Notes: generated from the letters alone by a model not told the origin. A stretch of DNA of 64,000 nt from Candidatus Peregrinibacteria bacterium Greene0416_19 (GCA_007375735.1 VMEW01000009.1:48569-112568); one strand, 5' to 3'. Positions 9,850 to 18,431 are shown, numbered from the stretch's first letter. Made by a program: numbers and translations.

Positions 9850-10254
9850 TCAGACCTCTTGTGGTCGATCAAAGCGTTGCAAATACACCGTGAACATCTT
9901 CTCACCACCGCTCGTGACGTCCGTTCTCACCCGCATGCCGTGATTCGCAGAGAGCAGCAGCTTCGTAATATGCGGGTTCGTCTTATTGCCGAGTCCATAT
10001 GTCTGCAGCAGCCTTCCCTGATTTGCCATCAATGCATCAGCGGCGTTTCGAAATTCCTCGTATTGCTTACACCATTCGTAGTACGTCTTCTTGCCGATGC
10101 CGATCTCCACGCATGCGCCCTCGACCGTCGGAACGACGTCGCCGTACTTCTTGGGATGCGCGGCATAGTTAAGCACCAGTGCCACAAGCGCTGGCGCGTA
10201 TTTCGATGGTCTACCGACTTTCCTCTGCATCGGCATTAACTCTGCTCTCGGCAT
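9850..10254 (-). CDS. terminase small subunit-like (DNA-packaging gp3-type) protein
   Basis: GRPSKY...PTVEGACVEIGIGKKTYYEWCKQYEEF...ITKLLLSANHG...DVTSGGEK pattern. Confidence 0.75.
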   Translation of the reverse strand: MPRAELMPMQRKVGRPSKYAPALVALVLNYAAHPKKYGDVVPTVEGACVEIGIGKKTYYEWCKQYEEFRNAADALMANQGRLLQTYGLGNKTNPHITKLLLSANHGMRVRTDVTSGGEKMFTVYLQRFDRPQEV

Positions 10255-10421
10255 CCGCAAAGGCAAGTTCAAAGCTGGCAAGTACACACAGCCGATTTGT
10301 AGCCTCACTGCGATGTGTTCGGACCTCGCAGGAGAAAAACCCCGCCCACTCTGACTCCAACACTTCCAAGCCGATTTGCAGGAGCCAGCAGCACTTCACT
10401 TTCTATCATGGATATCTCCGG

Positions 10422-10979
10422 TCAAGTCCGTGCGTGGGCACCACTTTTCCTATTCTCACTTTTCCATTGCTCTAGTTTGGCAATAACAAGACGATCCCGC
10501 ATGTGCATCCATACTTCTTTCCATTCAGCTGGGACTCTATCTGCCCAATCTAACAAATTCTCTTTGTCTTTGGGCGCAAATATTTTCTTTCCTTCCCGGT
10601 CAGCAATAAGTCTCAGACAAAGAACCAATGTGTCGTAAACAAAATTTACATCGCTCCAATAACTTTCTGCCAACGATTCACAAGCCCCAATCATCTTTGC
10701 ATACTTTCTGATGAGTGATTTCTCTCTCCCTCTTTTTGTGATAACGCCTTGATACTTCCAGGTCGTTGCCTCCACGTGCTGACGCCAGTATTTAAAGAGC
10801 GGCAGGTGGGAGTACGAGACGCAGGGTTTCAAATTTTTGTTATGCAAAAAATACGCCCAGCAATCGTGCTGATACACAAAGGCTCTCAGCTCAATCTCGC
10901 ATTTTCCTTTGCCATTGGGAATCATCTGCTTGGAAGGGGGATCATCGAGTTGAGATTTTAGCGCAATAGAAACTTTCAT
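10422..10979 (-). CDS. hypothetical protein (element cargo)
   Basis: 185-aa ORF in AT-rich segment. Confidence 0.55.
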   Translation of the reverse strand: MKVSIALKSQLDDPPSKQMIPNGKGKCEIELRAFVYQHDCWAYFLHNKNLKPCVSYSHLPLFKYWRQHVEATTWKYQGVITKRGREKSLIRKYAKMIGACESLAESYWSDVNFVYDTLVLCLRLIADREGKKIFAPKDKENLLDWADRVPAEWKEVWMHMRDRLVIAKLEQWKSENRKSGAHART

Positions 10980-10985
10980 CGCGTG

Positions 10986-11780
10986 TCATGCATTTAGAGT
11001 TGAAACATTACTTTTGGTCGCATTTTGATTTAAGGTTTGTTCTGCAAACGTCGCTCGAACTCCGTTCACAAGGAAGATGAGGAATAAAATTCTCACGAGC
11101 CAACTGGCTGAATTTATTTGATTAGCAAAGGCTAGGTCCGGATTAGAATTGAAATTCATGAGAGCAACTAGCGCTCCGAGAGTTTCGATGCAGTACAGGG
11201 ATAAGCCGGCAATCGCAGCGACGCGTGACATCTTCGCAGTAAAGTAGGAGCAAAGAGCGAGTGCAATTATCAGTGCAATTGTCATAAAGTAGGTTGCACC
11301 GTACAAATTGGGATGAAATAGTAGTTGAAGCACGTTCGCCAGCGCTCCGATTCCTGACACCACTGCCGAAAACCAAGCCGCTCTCCGACGCGCCTTCGGA
11401 TCACTGAGATCCGGCTTCATCCATCCGAAAAATGAAACCCCTGCATCCTTTCGCACATACTTCTTTGCCACTTTCTGCGCGACTACACAGCACACGGTCA
11501 GCAGCACATACCCCGTCAGCATATTGAAAGCGTTATCACCGGAACGTCTTAGGAGGAGTTGATCTCCTATGATCGTGACGGTCAAGATCGAGAAGAGCAT
11601 GCACAGGAACGTGGCGATCCAGGCGACCAAAAACAGAATCGTTCCTTTGGGTGCCACCGGGGACGGCGCATTGCGCAACTTTGATGCGCAGTGCTTGCAC
11701 TTGATTGCTTCTTTCTGGATTTCTTCAGCGCAGAAAGGACACTTTGTTTTCCCCGAAGACGGGGTAACACGCGAACCCAT
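10986..11780 (-). CDS. zinc-ribbon membrane protein
   Basis: KCPFCAEEIQKEAIKCKHC followed by ~6 TM helices. Confidence 0.8.
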   Translation of the reverse strand: MGSRVTPSSGKTKCPFCAEEIQKEAIKCKHCASKLRNAPSPVAPKGTILFLVAWIATFLCMLFSILTVTIIGDQLLLRRSGDNAFNMLTGYVLLTVCCVVAQKVAKKYVRKDAGVSFFGWMKPDLSDPKARRRAAWFSAVVSGIGALANVLQLLFHPNLYGATYFMTIALIIALALCSYFTAKMSRVAAIAGLSLYCIETLGALVALMNFNSNPDLAFANQINSASWLVRILFLIFLVNGVRATFAEQTLNQNATKSNVSTLNA

Positions 11781-12076
11781 ACTGATAGGGGAAAGGAGGG
11801 TGGAGCACTCGCATTCCCGGATACTCTTAAGGGACGCGCTGTGCTCCGTGCGCCAGCAATCGCGTCGGGACGAGTCCCTAGGGAATGCTGAACGGAGTCA
11901 GCCGCGCCCCTTACGGGGCACTCCTAGGGACGACCAAAGTCAGGACGTCAGGCCGATGCAATTACTGGCGCGTTGAAATTATGCCCCTGTTTTTCGGCAA
12001 AGGAAAGCGAGTTTGACGCACAAATAGAGGCCTCTTTACGACGAATAATTGCTGCTACACTGTCGTTGCGCCAGCA

Positions 12077-13024
12077 ATGCAACGAGTCTCTTCACCATCT
12101 GCGATCCATGCGGATCGTGTCCGATACATCAAGCTCGGACAAAAAGGCAAATGGGAAAAGGAGTGCCTTGGGAAAGGCATCATCCGTTTCGGTTTTGGTA
12201 CTGGCACTGCCGAAAGATTTCCTTTATGCCGTGACCATAGGTGGGACGACCTTACGGAATCTTTTAAGGCTACAGGAAAGAACAGAGGAACGGTGACCCG
12301 ATCCTTAAACGAAACGCGACTGTTCTTTAAGGATGATGGATCGATACTTTGGATCACATTCGTAGGTGAGCGGTTATGTTGGGGATTCTTGGAACCCGAT
12401 CCGGCTGAAAAATATCAGGACGGCAATACTGTCTTTCGTAAAATAAAGAATGGATGGCGATGGGCTGATGTGAATGGTGAGCAGCTAACCAAAGATCGAC
12501 TTTCGGGCGCACTGACGAAGCTAGCGGCGTATCAGGGAACATCGTGCAATATGAATGCGAACGTAGCGAAGTACGTCGTTCGGCGCATTAATGCCCAGAA
12601 ACCACGCGAAGTTGAGCGTGCTCTCATCATTTTGGAGAAAATGCAGGCATCAGTGTTGGGGATGATGAAGCTACTGGAACCGAAGGATTTTGAGATGTTG
12701 GTCGATCTTGTTTTTTCCATCAGCGGATGGCGTCGCCAAGGAATCGTCGGCAAAACCCAAAAGACACTCGACCTGGATCTCCTGTTGCCAAGCACCGGGG
12801 AACGGGCATTCGTGCAGGTCAAATCTAAAACCGATCAAGCGGTTCTTGATGAATACATTGGAAAACTGAATGAGCTCGGTCCTTATGATCGGATGTTCTT
12901 TGTCTACCATTCGGGGAAAGCAGAAACTGACGATGGGCGGGTAATTGTCATTGGACCAGAAAAAATAGCAGAAATGGCAATTGATGCAGGTCTAGTGACT
13001 TGGCTTATACGCAAGGTTTCTTGA
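12077..13024 (+). CDS. Mrr-like restriction endonuclease (PD-(D/E)xK, QxK variant)
   Basis: DFEMLVDLVFS..GW...LDLDL...AFVQVKS C-terminal motif. Confidence 0.8.
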   Translation: MQRVSSPSAIHADRVRYIKLGQKGKWEKECLGKGIIRFGFGTGTAERFPLCRDHRWDDLTESFKATGKNRGTVTRSLNETRLFFKDDGSILWITFVGERLCWGFLEPDPAEKYQDGNTVFRKIKNGWRWADVNGEQLTKDRLSGALTKLAAYQGTSCNMNANVAKYVVRRINAQKPREVERALIILEKMQASVLGMMKLLEPKDFEMLVDLVFSISGWRRQGIVGKTQKTLDLDLLLPSTGERAFVQVKSKTDQAVLDEYIGKLNELGPYDRMFFVYHSGKAETDDGRVIVIGPEKIAEMAIDAGLVTWLIRKVS

Positions 13025-13028
13025 ATTT

Positions 13029-13361
13029 CTAATGCATAATTGCCCTCATCTCATCGAGGATTCGCAACTCACTTTGTTCCCACTGCTTACTCTGTTTATC
13101 AGATTTGTAACCCATCCAAATGGAAATAAATAATGCGACTGAAGAAACAGCAATGGAGGCGATGAGGTGCAAGTTGGCTGTTCTCCCCGCTAACTCATTT
13201 GTCGCTACATTGATCAGCGGCTGCACGCGATCAAGTTCGACTCTACCTGCTGGTCTAGATATCAATTCATAAGCTTCTTTTAATAGATTCCTCAGGTCTT
13301 TTTTTGCCCATTCCGATGGAAAGCCAGGATGGTCATGGAGGAGATCGTAAATATCTTTCAT
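13029..13361 (-). CDS. hypothetical membrane protein
   Basis: 110-aa ORF, one C-terminal TM helix. Confidence 0.6.
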   Translation of the reverse strand: MKDIYDLLHDHPGFPSEWAKKDLRNLLKEAYELISRPAGRVELDRVQPLINVATNELAGRTANLHLIASIAVSSVALFISIWMGYKSDKQSKQWEQSELRILDEMRAIMH

Positions 13362-13418
13362 GGCCTTATGCTAATTTATATACATGGAAATCCCTAAAAC
13401 AAATGAACAACCCTGTAT

Positions 13419-14072
13419 CTATACCTTAATCATGGTTACCCCTTTCCGTGGCTGATGACGTCTGTCGACCGCTACCAAATAACCGATGTCTTGCAGATGT
13501 TCGTACAAGCGATCGATGCGCCAAAGAAGGTCTTTCACATCGATGCTAGCTAGAGCTGCCATGTTGTAGCTCTTCCCTTTCCTTGTTTGAGGGTAGCGAA
13601 AGAGCTCATTCTGGGGATCATCAATTTCCTCCTGCAGAATCTTCCGCTGTGCGAAGTATGCAATGAGCTCTTGCAACTCGGGAATGACCTGCTGCTGCAG
13701 ACGATCAATCTCTTCTTGGGTCAGGATGTCTTGATCCTCGTTGATTTGAATGGGGATCCATTCTGTTTCGAGAATGACCCTCTGAATCTTCGTGAAGAGA
13801 TGCAAGATGTCGTGTGACGACCTATCGGATTGTCCAAGATCGGAGAGCGTAGATTTCAAGAACAATTCAATGCCATGATGGATGTCAAAAAGCGCGGACG
13901 GCAGCAAATCGAAGGATGTGTAGCGGATTGGCAGCCACCCATCAGGCACGCGGGGATTATCTGTGCTCCACAGATGCACAGGTTCCAGCAGTTGCTGGCA
14001 AATGAGCCGAGCGGTTTTGAAATATCCTTGGCCATGGAAGAGTAAGCCTTCTTTTTCAAGGTTGCGTTGCAC
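13419..14072 (-). CDS. HEPN-like domain protein
   Basis: HGIELFLKS...SHDILHLF...FRYP pattern. Confidence 0.65.
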   Translation of the reverse strand: MQRNLEKEGLLFHGQGYFKTARLICQQLLEPVHLWSTDNPRVPDGWLPIRYTSFDLLPSALFDIHHGIELFLKSTLSDLGQSDRSSHDILHLFTKIQRVILETEWIPIQINEDQDILTQEEIDRLQQQVIPELQELIAYFAQRKILQEEIDDPQNELFRYPQTRKGKSYNMAALASIDVKDLLWRIDRLYEHLQDIGYLVAVDRRHQPRKGVTMIKV

Positions 14073-14104
14073 AAGTTATTCTTACACCATTAGCTGCAGA
14101 CTGC

Positions 14105-14200
14105 CTAGGTCGTTGCAGGTACAGTCATGGGTGCAATATCCTTCAAAACCTTATACCAGTCCATCATCGTCTCTAGCAGAGGGCTTGTGATTCGCATCCT
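14105..14200 (-). other. detached recombinase C-terminal tail 1 (RMRITSPLLETMMDWYKVLKDIAPMTVPATT*)
   Basis: In frame with the recombinase LAAP codons across the att core. Confidence 0.8.
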
Positions 14201-14299
14201 TGGGGCTGCCACGAAGCAGAGTTCGCTGCGGCGAACACGCTTCATGGCACAGCCACGTCATAATGACAGAGACTGCTTCGTGGTCCTGTAGCGATGCGT
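14201..14299 (+). repeat. 99-bp direct repeat copy 1 (att core + multi-hairpin palindromic element)
   Basis: Identical to 17374-17472; outer stem CCACGAAGCAG/CTGCTTCGTGG. Confidence 0.95.
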
Positions 14300-14300
14300 T

Positions 14301-14600
14301 TTCTCGGAAAAGCTCCGAGATCGCGTGATGACGCACAATGCCGGGAAAGTCACATCCACCAAAAGCAGGGTGCCTTGGAAACTCATCTTTTTTGAATGTT
14401 ACGCGGAGAAAGGCGATGCTTTGCGTCGTGAACAGTATTTGAAAACAACCTCAGGAAAGAGAGCTTTGAAGTTGATGCTGAGAAATACGTTGCAGATTGA
14501 AAGCGAATCCTTCACTCATCCACCGCCAATCACGTCGAAAAAGATCTCAGGAAACTTACCGGCCCAGCGATGGCGGTTTGTTCAGGGGTTCCTAAGGTGA
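14301..14600 (+). pseudogene. 5'-truncated GIY-YIG (UPF0213-like) nuclease
   Basis: FSEKLRDRVMTHNAGKVTSTKSRVPWKLIFFECY...ALRREQYLKT; the N-terminal GIY-YIG motif is absent. Confidence 0.8.
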
Positions 14601-14631
14601 TTCGCGGTCTCGGTTTGCTAATTCAGAAAAA

Positions 14632-14676
14632 GCCGCCACCCGAAGGTGACGGCCCGTGGTCAGATGAAGACTGACC
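14632..14676 (-). terminator. intrinsic terminator plus adjacent hairpin
   Basis: GCCGCCACC-CGAA-GGTGACGGC with A-run on the left; related copy at 17558-17601. Confidence 0.65.
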
Positions 14677-14700
14677 GTCTGTTTCTATCGCTCCTTTCCG

Positions 14701-15963
14701 TCAGTACGTCGGCAGCGGAGGAGTGCGCCCCAGGACGACGCGTTGTGATTTGGCGAGCGCCGCAGACGTGATCTCCTCATCGCAGGAGAAGTTGTAGAGC
14801 TGCTGATGGGATTCCAATCCATCGCAGAAGCTGTTTTCCGCCACGCCTCCCATGGTGCCGAGTTGCTTCAGAGCCAGCTTGCGCAGCATCCAGCCGATAG
14901 GCTCGGTGAGCAGCTCCTGCAGCGGGAACAGCATGTTGCAGTCGATCGGATCGTCCGCGCTCCACCGGTCCTTGAGCTCCAGGCTGTGGAGCGTGATGCC
15001 GCGCAGAGTCGCGAGGTGCAGCAGTCCGCCTGAATTGATGATCCCGCAGCGATGGAAGGACAACCGTTTGAGCTGTTTCCACTGCCGGGAAGACAGGCAG
15101 TCCAGCAGGACGCCGGGCGAGTCCAGGTGTGCCACGCTCCATTCTTCCAGCTGCTCCGCCAGCACGGTTTCGCTGCACTCCAGGAGTTCCCGTCGCAGAG
15201 CAGCGGTGCTCCCGTCGACTGGCCATGCATGTCTGATCTGCAGAGCCTTCAGTGCGGGGAGCTGAGCAGCTGCTTTCGCGATCTCGCGCAGCGCACCGGG
15301 AAAGGGACTGTAGAGGATCAGCGTCTCCAGATTCCCGCTTTTCGGCAGCATGCGCTCGATCGTGGCCGGTTCCGCGAACCAGAGCCCGAGTTCCCTGAAG
15401 CGGTTCTCGGGGAGGGCGTCGAGCGCGGCGATCATCTGCTTGTGGAAATCGCCTTTGCGTTGCAGTACGTCTCGCGCCTCCTGCTTGTTCCACACGCTGC
15501 AGGTGAGCGAGAGGATCGGCCACTGTTCCAGGAGCGCGGGGAGCAGCCGAGGCAGTGCCCTCAGATCACGCGGAGCGATATGCTCGACGAATCCCCGGCG
15601 GAATTGGGCATAGTCCTTTTCGCCGCCCCAGCTGTAGCTGCAGTTCGACCTCGCGAGATCCCTGGTTTCCGGTGTGAGCCACTGCTTGGCATGCACCAGG
15701 AGTTCGGTTTCGCGCAGCAGAAGCTCCTGGAAGCCGGGATGCGATTCGCTGATGTAGAGATCGCGGCACGCTTGGACGGCATACTGCACGCGGATGCATT
15801 CCGCCCGACGGCGAGCATGCGGGCCTCCGGTGTCTTCGAGCGTCGCTGCGTAGCTGAGCCGCAGATCCTTGTTCGTCGGATCGTTGGCGATCGCACGAAG
15901 CAGGTCATCTGTCTCGTTCATGGTTTGCTCTCCGATGATGAGATGTTTGGAAACTCCCTTCAC
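14701..15963 (-). CDS. TIGR02996 (repeat-companion) domain protein with LRR-like repeats
   Basis: LLRAIANDP...LRLSYAATLEDTG...RAECIRVQ...FRRGFVEHI, then L.xL.L repeats; start may be 15921. Confidence 0.8.
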   Translation of the reverse strand: MKGVSKHLIIGEQTMNETDDLLRAIANDPTNKDLRLSYAATLEDTGGPHARRRAECIRVQYAVQACRDLYISESHPGFQELLLRETELLVHAKQWLTPETRDLARSNCSYSWGGEKDYAQFRRGFVEHIAPRDLRALPRLLPALLEQWPILSLTCSVWNKQEARDVLQRKGDFHKQMIAALDALPENRFRELGLWFAEPATIERMLPKSGNLETLILYSPFPGALREIAKAAAQLPALKALQIRHAWPVDGSTAALRRELLECSETVLAEQLEEWSVAHLDSPGVLLDCLSSRQWKQLKRLSFHRCGIINSGGLLHLATLRGITLHSLELKDRWSADDPIDCNMLFPLQELLTEPIGWMLRKLALKQLGTMGGVAENSFCDGLESHQQLYNFSCDEEITSAALAKSQRVVLGRTPPLPTY

Positions 15964-16502
15964 GACGTCTTTTCTTCCGAGGTCAGGATATTCTCGGCCT
16001 TCAGTTTCTCTTTCAGAAGCTCGAGCAATCGGGTGGCCTCAGCTGTCTCCGAGGGGCGGTCCCAGCCGAAGCGACGGAGGCAGGTGGACGAATCGAAGTA
16101 CCCGCTTGCCCCCTTGCTGCGCCTGGAGTACGTCCCCGCTCCTACGAAGGAGTCAGAAGCGAGCTCGCGGTACGGCGACTTGGCTTCACGGGAGACGAAG
16201 TCCGGCCTTCCTTCTGCCGGGAAGCAGTAGTGAAGGGAGACCAAGACCGACAGGTCGTGGTCAAACGCCTCCGGAAACACGAAGACCAGAAGCTCTTCCT
16301 CGCGACGGATGAAGCAGAACTTCAGCTCCCGTCTCTTCTCGAAATTTTGACGCAGGTAGGCGATTTCCTCCGGGTCTTGAGTCACACTTCCTGGCCACGG
16401 GTTCTGGCAAATGAACAGCAGCTGTGCAATCACTGTTTCCTCCGATGATGAAAAGAAGCGATTCACCAACGCCCAGTGCGCTGGTGGACGGCTACTAAAC
16501 AA
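15960..16502 (-). CDS. hypothetical protein
   Basis: ORF coupled (GTGA overlap) to the TIGR02996 gene; start uncertain. Confidence 0.55.
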   Translation of the reverse strand: MFSSRPPAHWALVNRFFSSSEETVIAQLLFICQNPWPGSVTQDPEEIAYLRQNFEKRRELKFCFIRREEELLVFVFPEAFDHDLSVLVSLHYCFPAEGRPDFVSREAKSPYRELASDSFVGAGTYSRRSKGASGYFDSSTCLRRFGWDRPSETAEATRLLELLKEKLKAENILTSEEKTS

Positions 16503-16514
16503 TAATCCATATGG

Positions 16515-16545
16515 GTGGTAAATAACACCACAGGTATGTTATAAT
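16515..16545 (+). promoter_or_regulatory. extended -10 promoter (TG-T-TATAAT) with GTGGT-N7-ACCAC palindrome
   Basis: TATAAT 16540-16545, 6 nt before the ATG; inverted repeat 16515-16531. Confidence 0.6.
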
Positions 16546-16551
16546 CACCAC

Positions 16552-17310
16552 ATGAATACGGACCTCCTTCTGGAACTGGGTTTAAAGCGTAACGAAGCCA
16601 AGATTTATGAGGCGTTGCTGAAGTACGGCGGTTCCGGTGTCAGCACTATCGCGCTCCGTTCCAAGATTGACCGTCGCACTGTCTATGACACGCTTAGGAA
16701 GCTCGTTGATAAAGGATTGGTGTATGAGATCTTCGGACAGAAGGAAACGACCTATGAAGCCGTGGATCCGACAAAGCTCTTGGAACTCGCTCAAGAGAAG
16801 GTCCATAAGCTGGAAACGGCTATGCCGGGCTTCCTCTCTGCCTATCAGAAGCATCTCACTCCTGAACGTGCATATCTCTACAAGGGCATTGAGGGCGTGA
16901 AGAATTACATTCGCCTCATGCTCCAGACCGGAGAGGATATTTACACGCTAGGGGGCAAGGGCGCATGGCTAGATCCGCGCTTACAGATGTTTGTGGAGTG
17001 GTTTTTGAAGGAAGCTAAGAAGAAAGGAATCAAGCTGCATAACATCTATGACTATGAGGTGCAGAAATCCATGCCGCACGGGCCTCCCACCTTGAGCGCC
17101 AAATACAAGTTTTTGCCAAAAGAAGCATCGAGCAGCGGCGCAATGGATGTCTTCGGTGAGTACGTCGTGACTTTTTCAGGGATGGAAGTCGGCACGATGT
17201 CCGATGACCTCACGATTTTCGTCATCGCCAGTCCGAATCTGGCAGAGAGTTACCGCAAATGGTGGAAGGTTCTGTGGGACTCGTTACCGGATGTTCAGCG
17301 TCGGAACTAG
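16552..17310 (+). CDS. TrmB-family transcriptional regulator
   Basis: LGLKRNEAKIYEALL...IDRRTVYDTLRKLVDKGLV...YKGIEGVK. Confidence 0.9.
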   Translation: MNTDLLLELGLKRNEAKIYEALLKYGGSGVSTIALRSKIDRRTVYDTLRKLVDKGLVYEIFGQKETTYEAVDPTKLLELAQEKVHKLETAMPGFLSAYQKHLTPERAYLYKGIEGVKNYIRLMLQTGEDIYTLGGKGAWLDPRLQMFVEWFLKEAKKKGIKLHNIYDYEVQKSMPHGPPTLSAKYKFLPKEASSSGAMDVFGEYVVTFSGMEVGTMSDDLTIFVIASPNLAESYRKWWKVLWDSLPDVQRRN

Positions 17311-17373
17311 CGATTGAAGTACGTTAAACCATCCCACCATTCCCTCAATTACAGAGTTTGTGATACGACTCCG
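17284..17373 (-). other. detached recombinase C-terminal tail 2 (RSRITNSVIEGMVGWFNVLQSLVPTLNIR*)
   Basis: In frame with att core; homologous to tail 1. Confidence 0.75.
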
Positions 17374-17533
17374 TGGGGCTGCCACGAAGCAGAGTTCGCT
17401 GCGGCGAACACGCTTCATGGCACAGCCACGTCATAATGACAGAGACTGCTTCGTGGTCCTGTAGCGATGCGTAACAACCTCAGGAAAGAGAGCTTTGAAG
17501 TTGATGCTGAGAAATACGTTGCAGATTGAAAGC
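17371..17533 (+). repeat. third att copy (CCGTGGGGCTGCCA) + repeat copy 2 + 61-bp GIY-YIG remnant
   Basis: 17374-17472 = 14201-14299; 17473-17533 = 14444-14504 (144-bp deletion between). Confidence 0.93.
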
Positions 17534-17618
17534 AGAGATACGTTTCACGAATACAAAGCCGCCACCCAAAGGTAGCGGCCCTGGTCAGACTGAATCTGAC
17601 CTTTTCCTTCTCAATGCA

Positions 17619-17753
17619 TCAGGCCGTCAGGTCCTGGAGAATTTTGGCCCAGTTTTTCTTCTCCCCAGGCCGCAGGCCGTTGCGGCAACTCCCGCAACCC
17701 TTTCCGCCGCAGGAGGTGCATGCCACCTCCACGAACGGTGCATGGACGAACAT
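17619..17753 (-). CDS. 44-aa CxxCGGKGCxxC zinc-finger microprotein
   Basis: MFVHAPFVEVACTSCGGKGCGSCRNGLRPGEKKNWAKILQDLTA*; ends just before the terminator 17558-17601. Confidence 0.6.
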   Translation of the reverse strand: MFVHAPFVEVACTSCGGKGCGSCRNGLRPGEKKNWAKILQDLTA

Positions 17754-17818
17754 CGCCAGGGGCAACGAGCATCACGCTGGCGCTGGAAGAGCAGGAATGA
17801 GCGCCCAGCAGCCATGCG

Positions 17819-18385
17819 TCAATCCGCCAGGATCTCCATCCACGCATGCACCCGCAGCGCCCTCCTGCCCAGATCCTGTTCGCGTGGAGCAATGTTGAGC
17901 AGCATTTCCCATTGGATGAGGGCATTTACAAAGGCGCGGATGCGCTCGTCGGCGTACAGGGCTTCTTGCATCTGCTTCGCCTCCGGCACCACCGCCACGC
18001 CCTTTTCCGCCTGCACACGGGCTTCCAGAATCTGTTCGATGCCCACCAAGCGTCCGAACAGGTTGCTCACCTGTGAGCGTCTGCCGGTGTAGTCCCGCTC
18101 CACCTCTTCCACTGCGGCGCGCAGGCCGGGGAGAGATCGTGACATCTTCTCGAGCGCCAGATGGATGACTTCCGACTTACTGCTCACCAGTCGCGGCATG
18201 GGGAGGGACTCTGGTCTTCGGGATTGTTGCGTCTGTTGCGCCGCCGCCTGCCCAAGCGCGCCCGCGATCATGAGGAAAACGGCACCCGCGCGGCCGAGGA
18301 TCTGCATCCTGACTGCACCCGATTCCGGCCGCAGTGCGGGTGCGCAGCCCGCGGTTTCCGCTTCCGGGCATTCGATATCCTCCAT
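17819..18385 (-). CDS. hypothetical protein with hydrophobic/signal-like segment
   Basis: 3' part of the ORF-track ORF, downstream of the terminator at 18432. Confidence 0.55.
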   Translation of the reverse strand: MEDIECPEAETAGCAPALRPESGAVRMQILGRAGAVFLMIAGALGQAAAQQTQQSRRPESLPMPRLVSSKSEVIHLALEKMSRSLPGLRAAVEEVERDYTGRRSQVSNLFGRLVGIEQILEARVQAEKGVAVVPEAKQMQEALYADERIRAFVNALIQWEMLLNIAPREQDLGRRALRVHAWMEILAD

Positions 18386-18431
18386 ATGCACGATTCTTTT
18401 CCGCGCGATGGGGGGTGTCAACGGCAACTGA

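Larger units (their letters stand above)
6523..14211. mobile_element. tRNA-Glu-integrated element with serine recombinase (phage-satellite-like, defence cargo)
   Basis: Direct repeat TGGGGCTGCCA at 6523-6533 and 14201-14211; recombinase at left end; AT-richer cargo ~10400-14100. Confidence 0.88.

Noticed and set aside
6534-14200. Complete prophage or conjugative element
   Set aside because: No capsid, portal, large terminase, tail, relaxase or T4SS genes.
14209-14283. Additional tRNA gene (cloverleaf-like fold)
   Set aside because: No T-loop or D-loop consensus and no CCA end; it resembles the genome's palindromic repeat families.
14325-14600. Intact GIY-YIG nuclease
   Set aside because: It lacks the N-terminal catalytic motif, so it is treated as a remnant.
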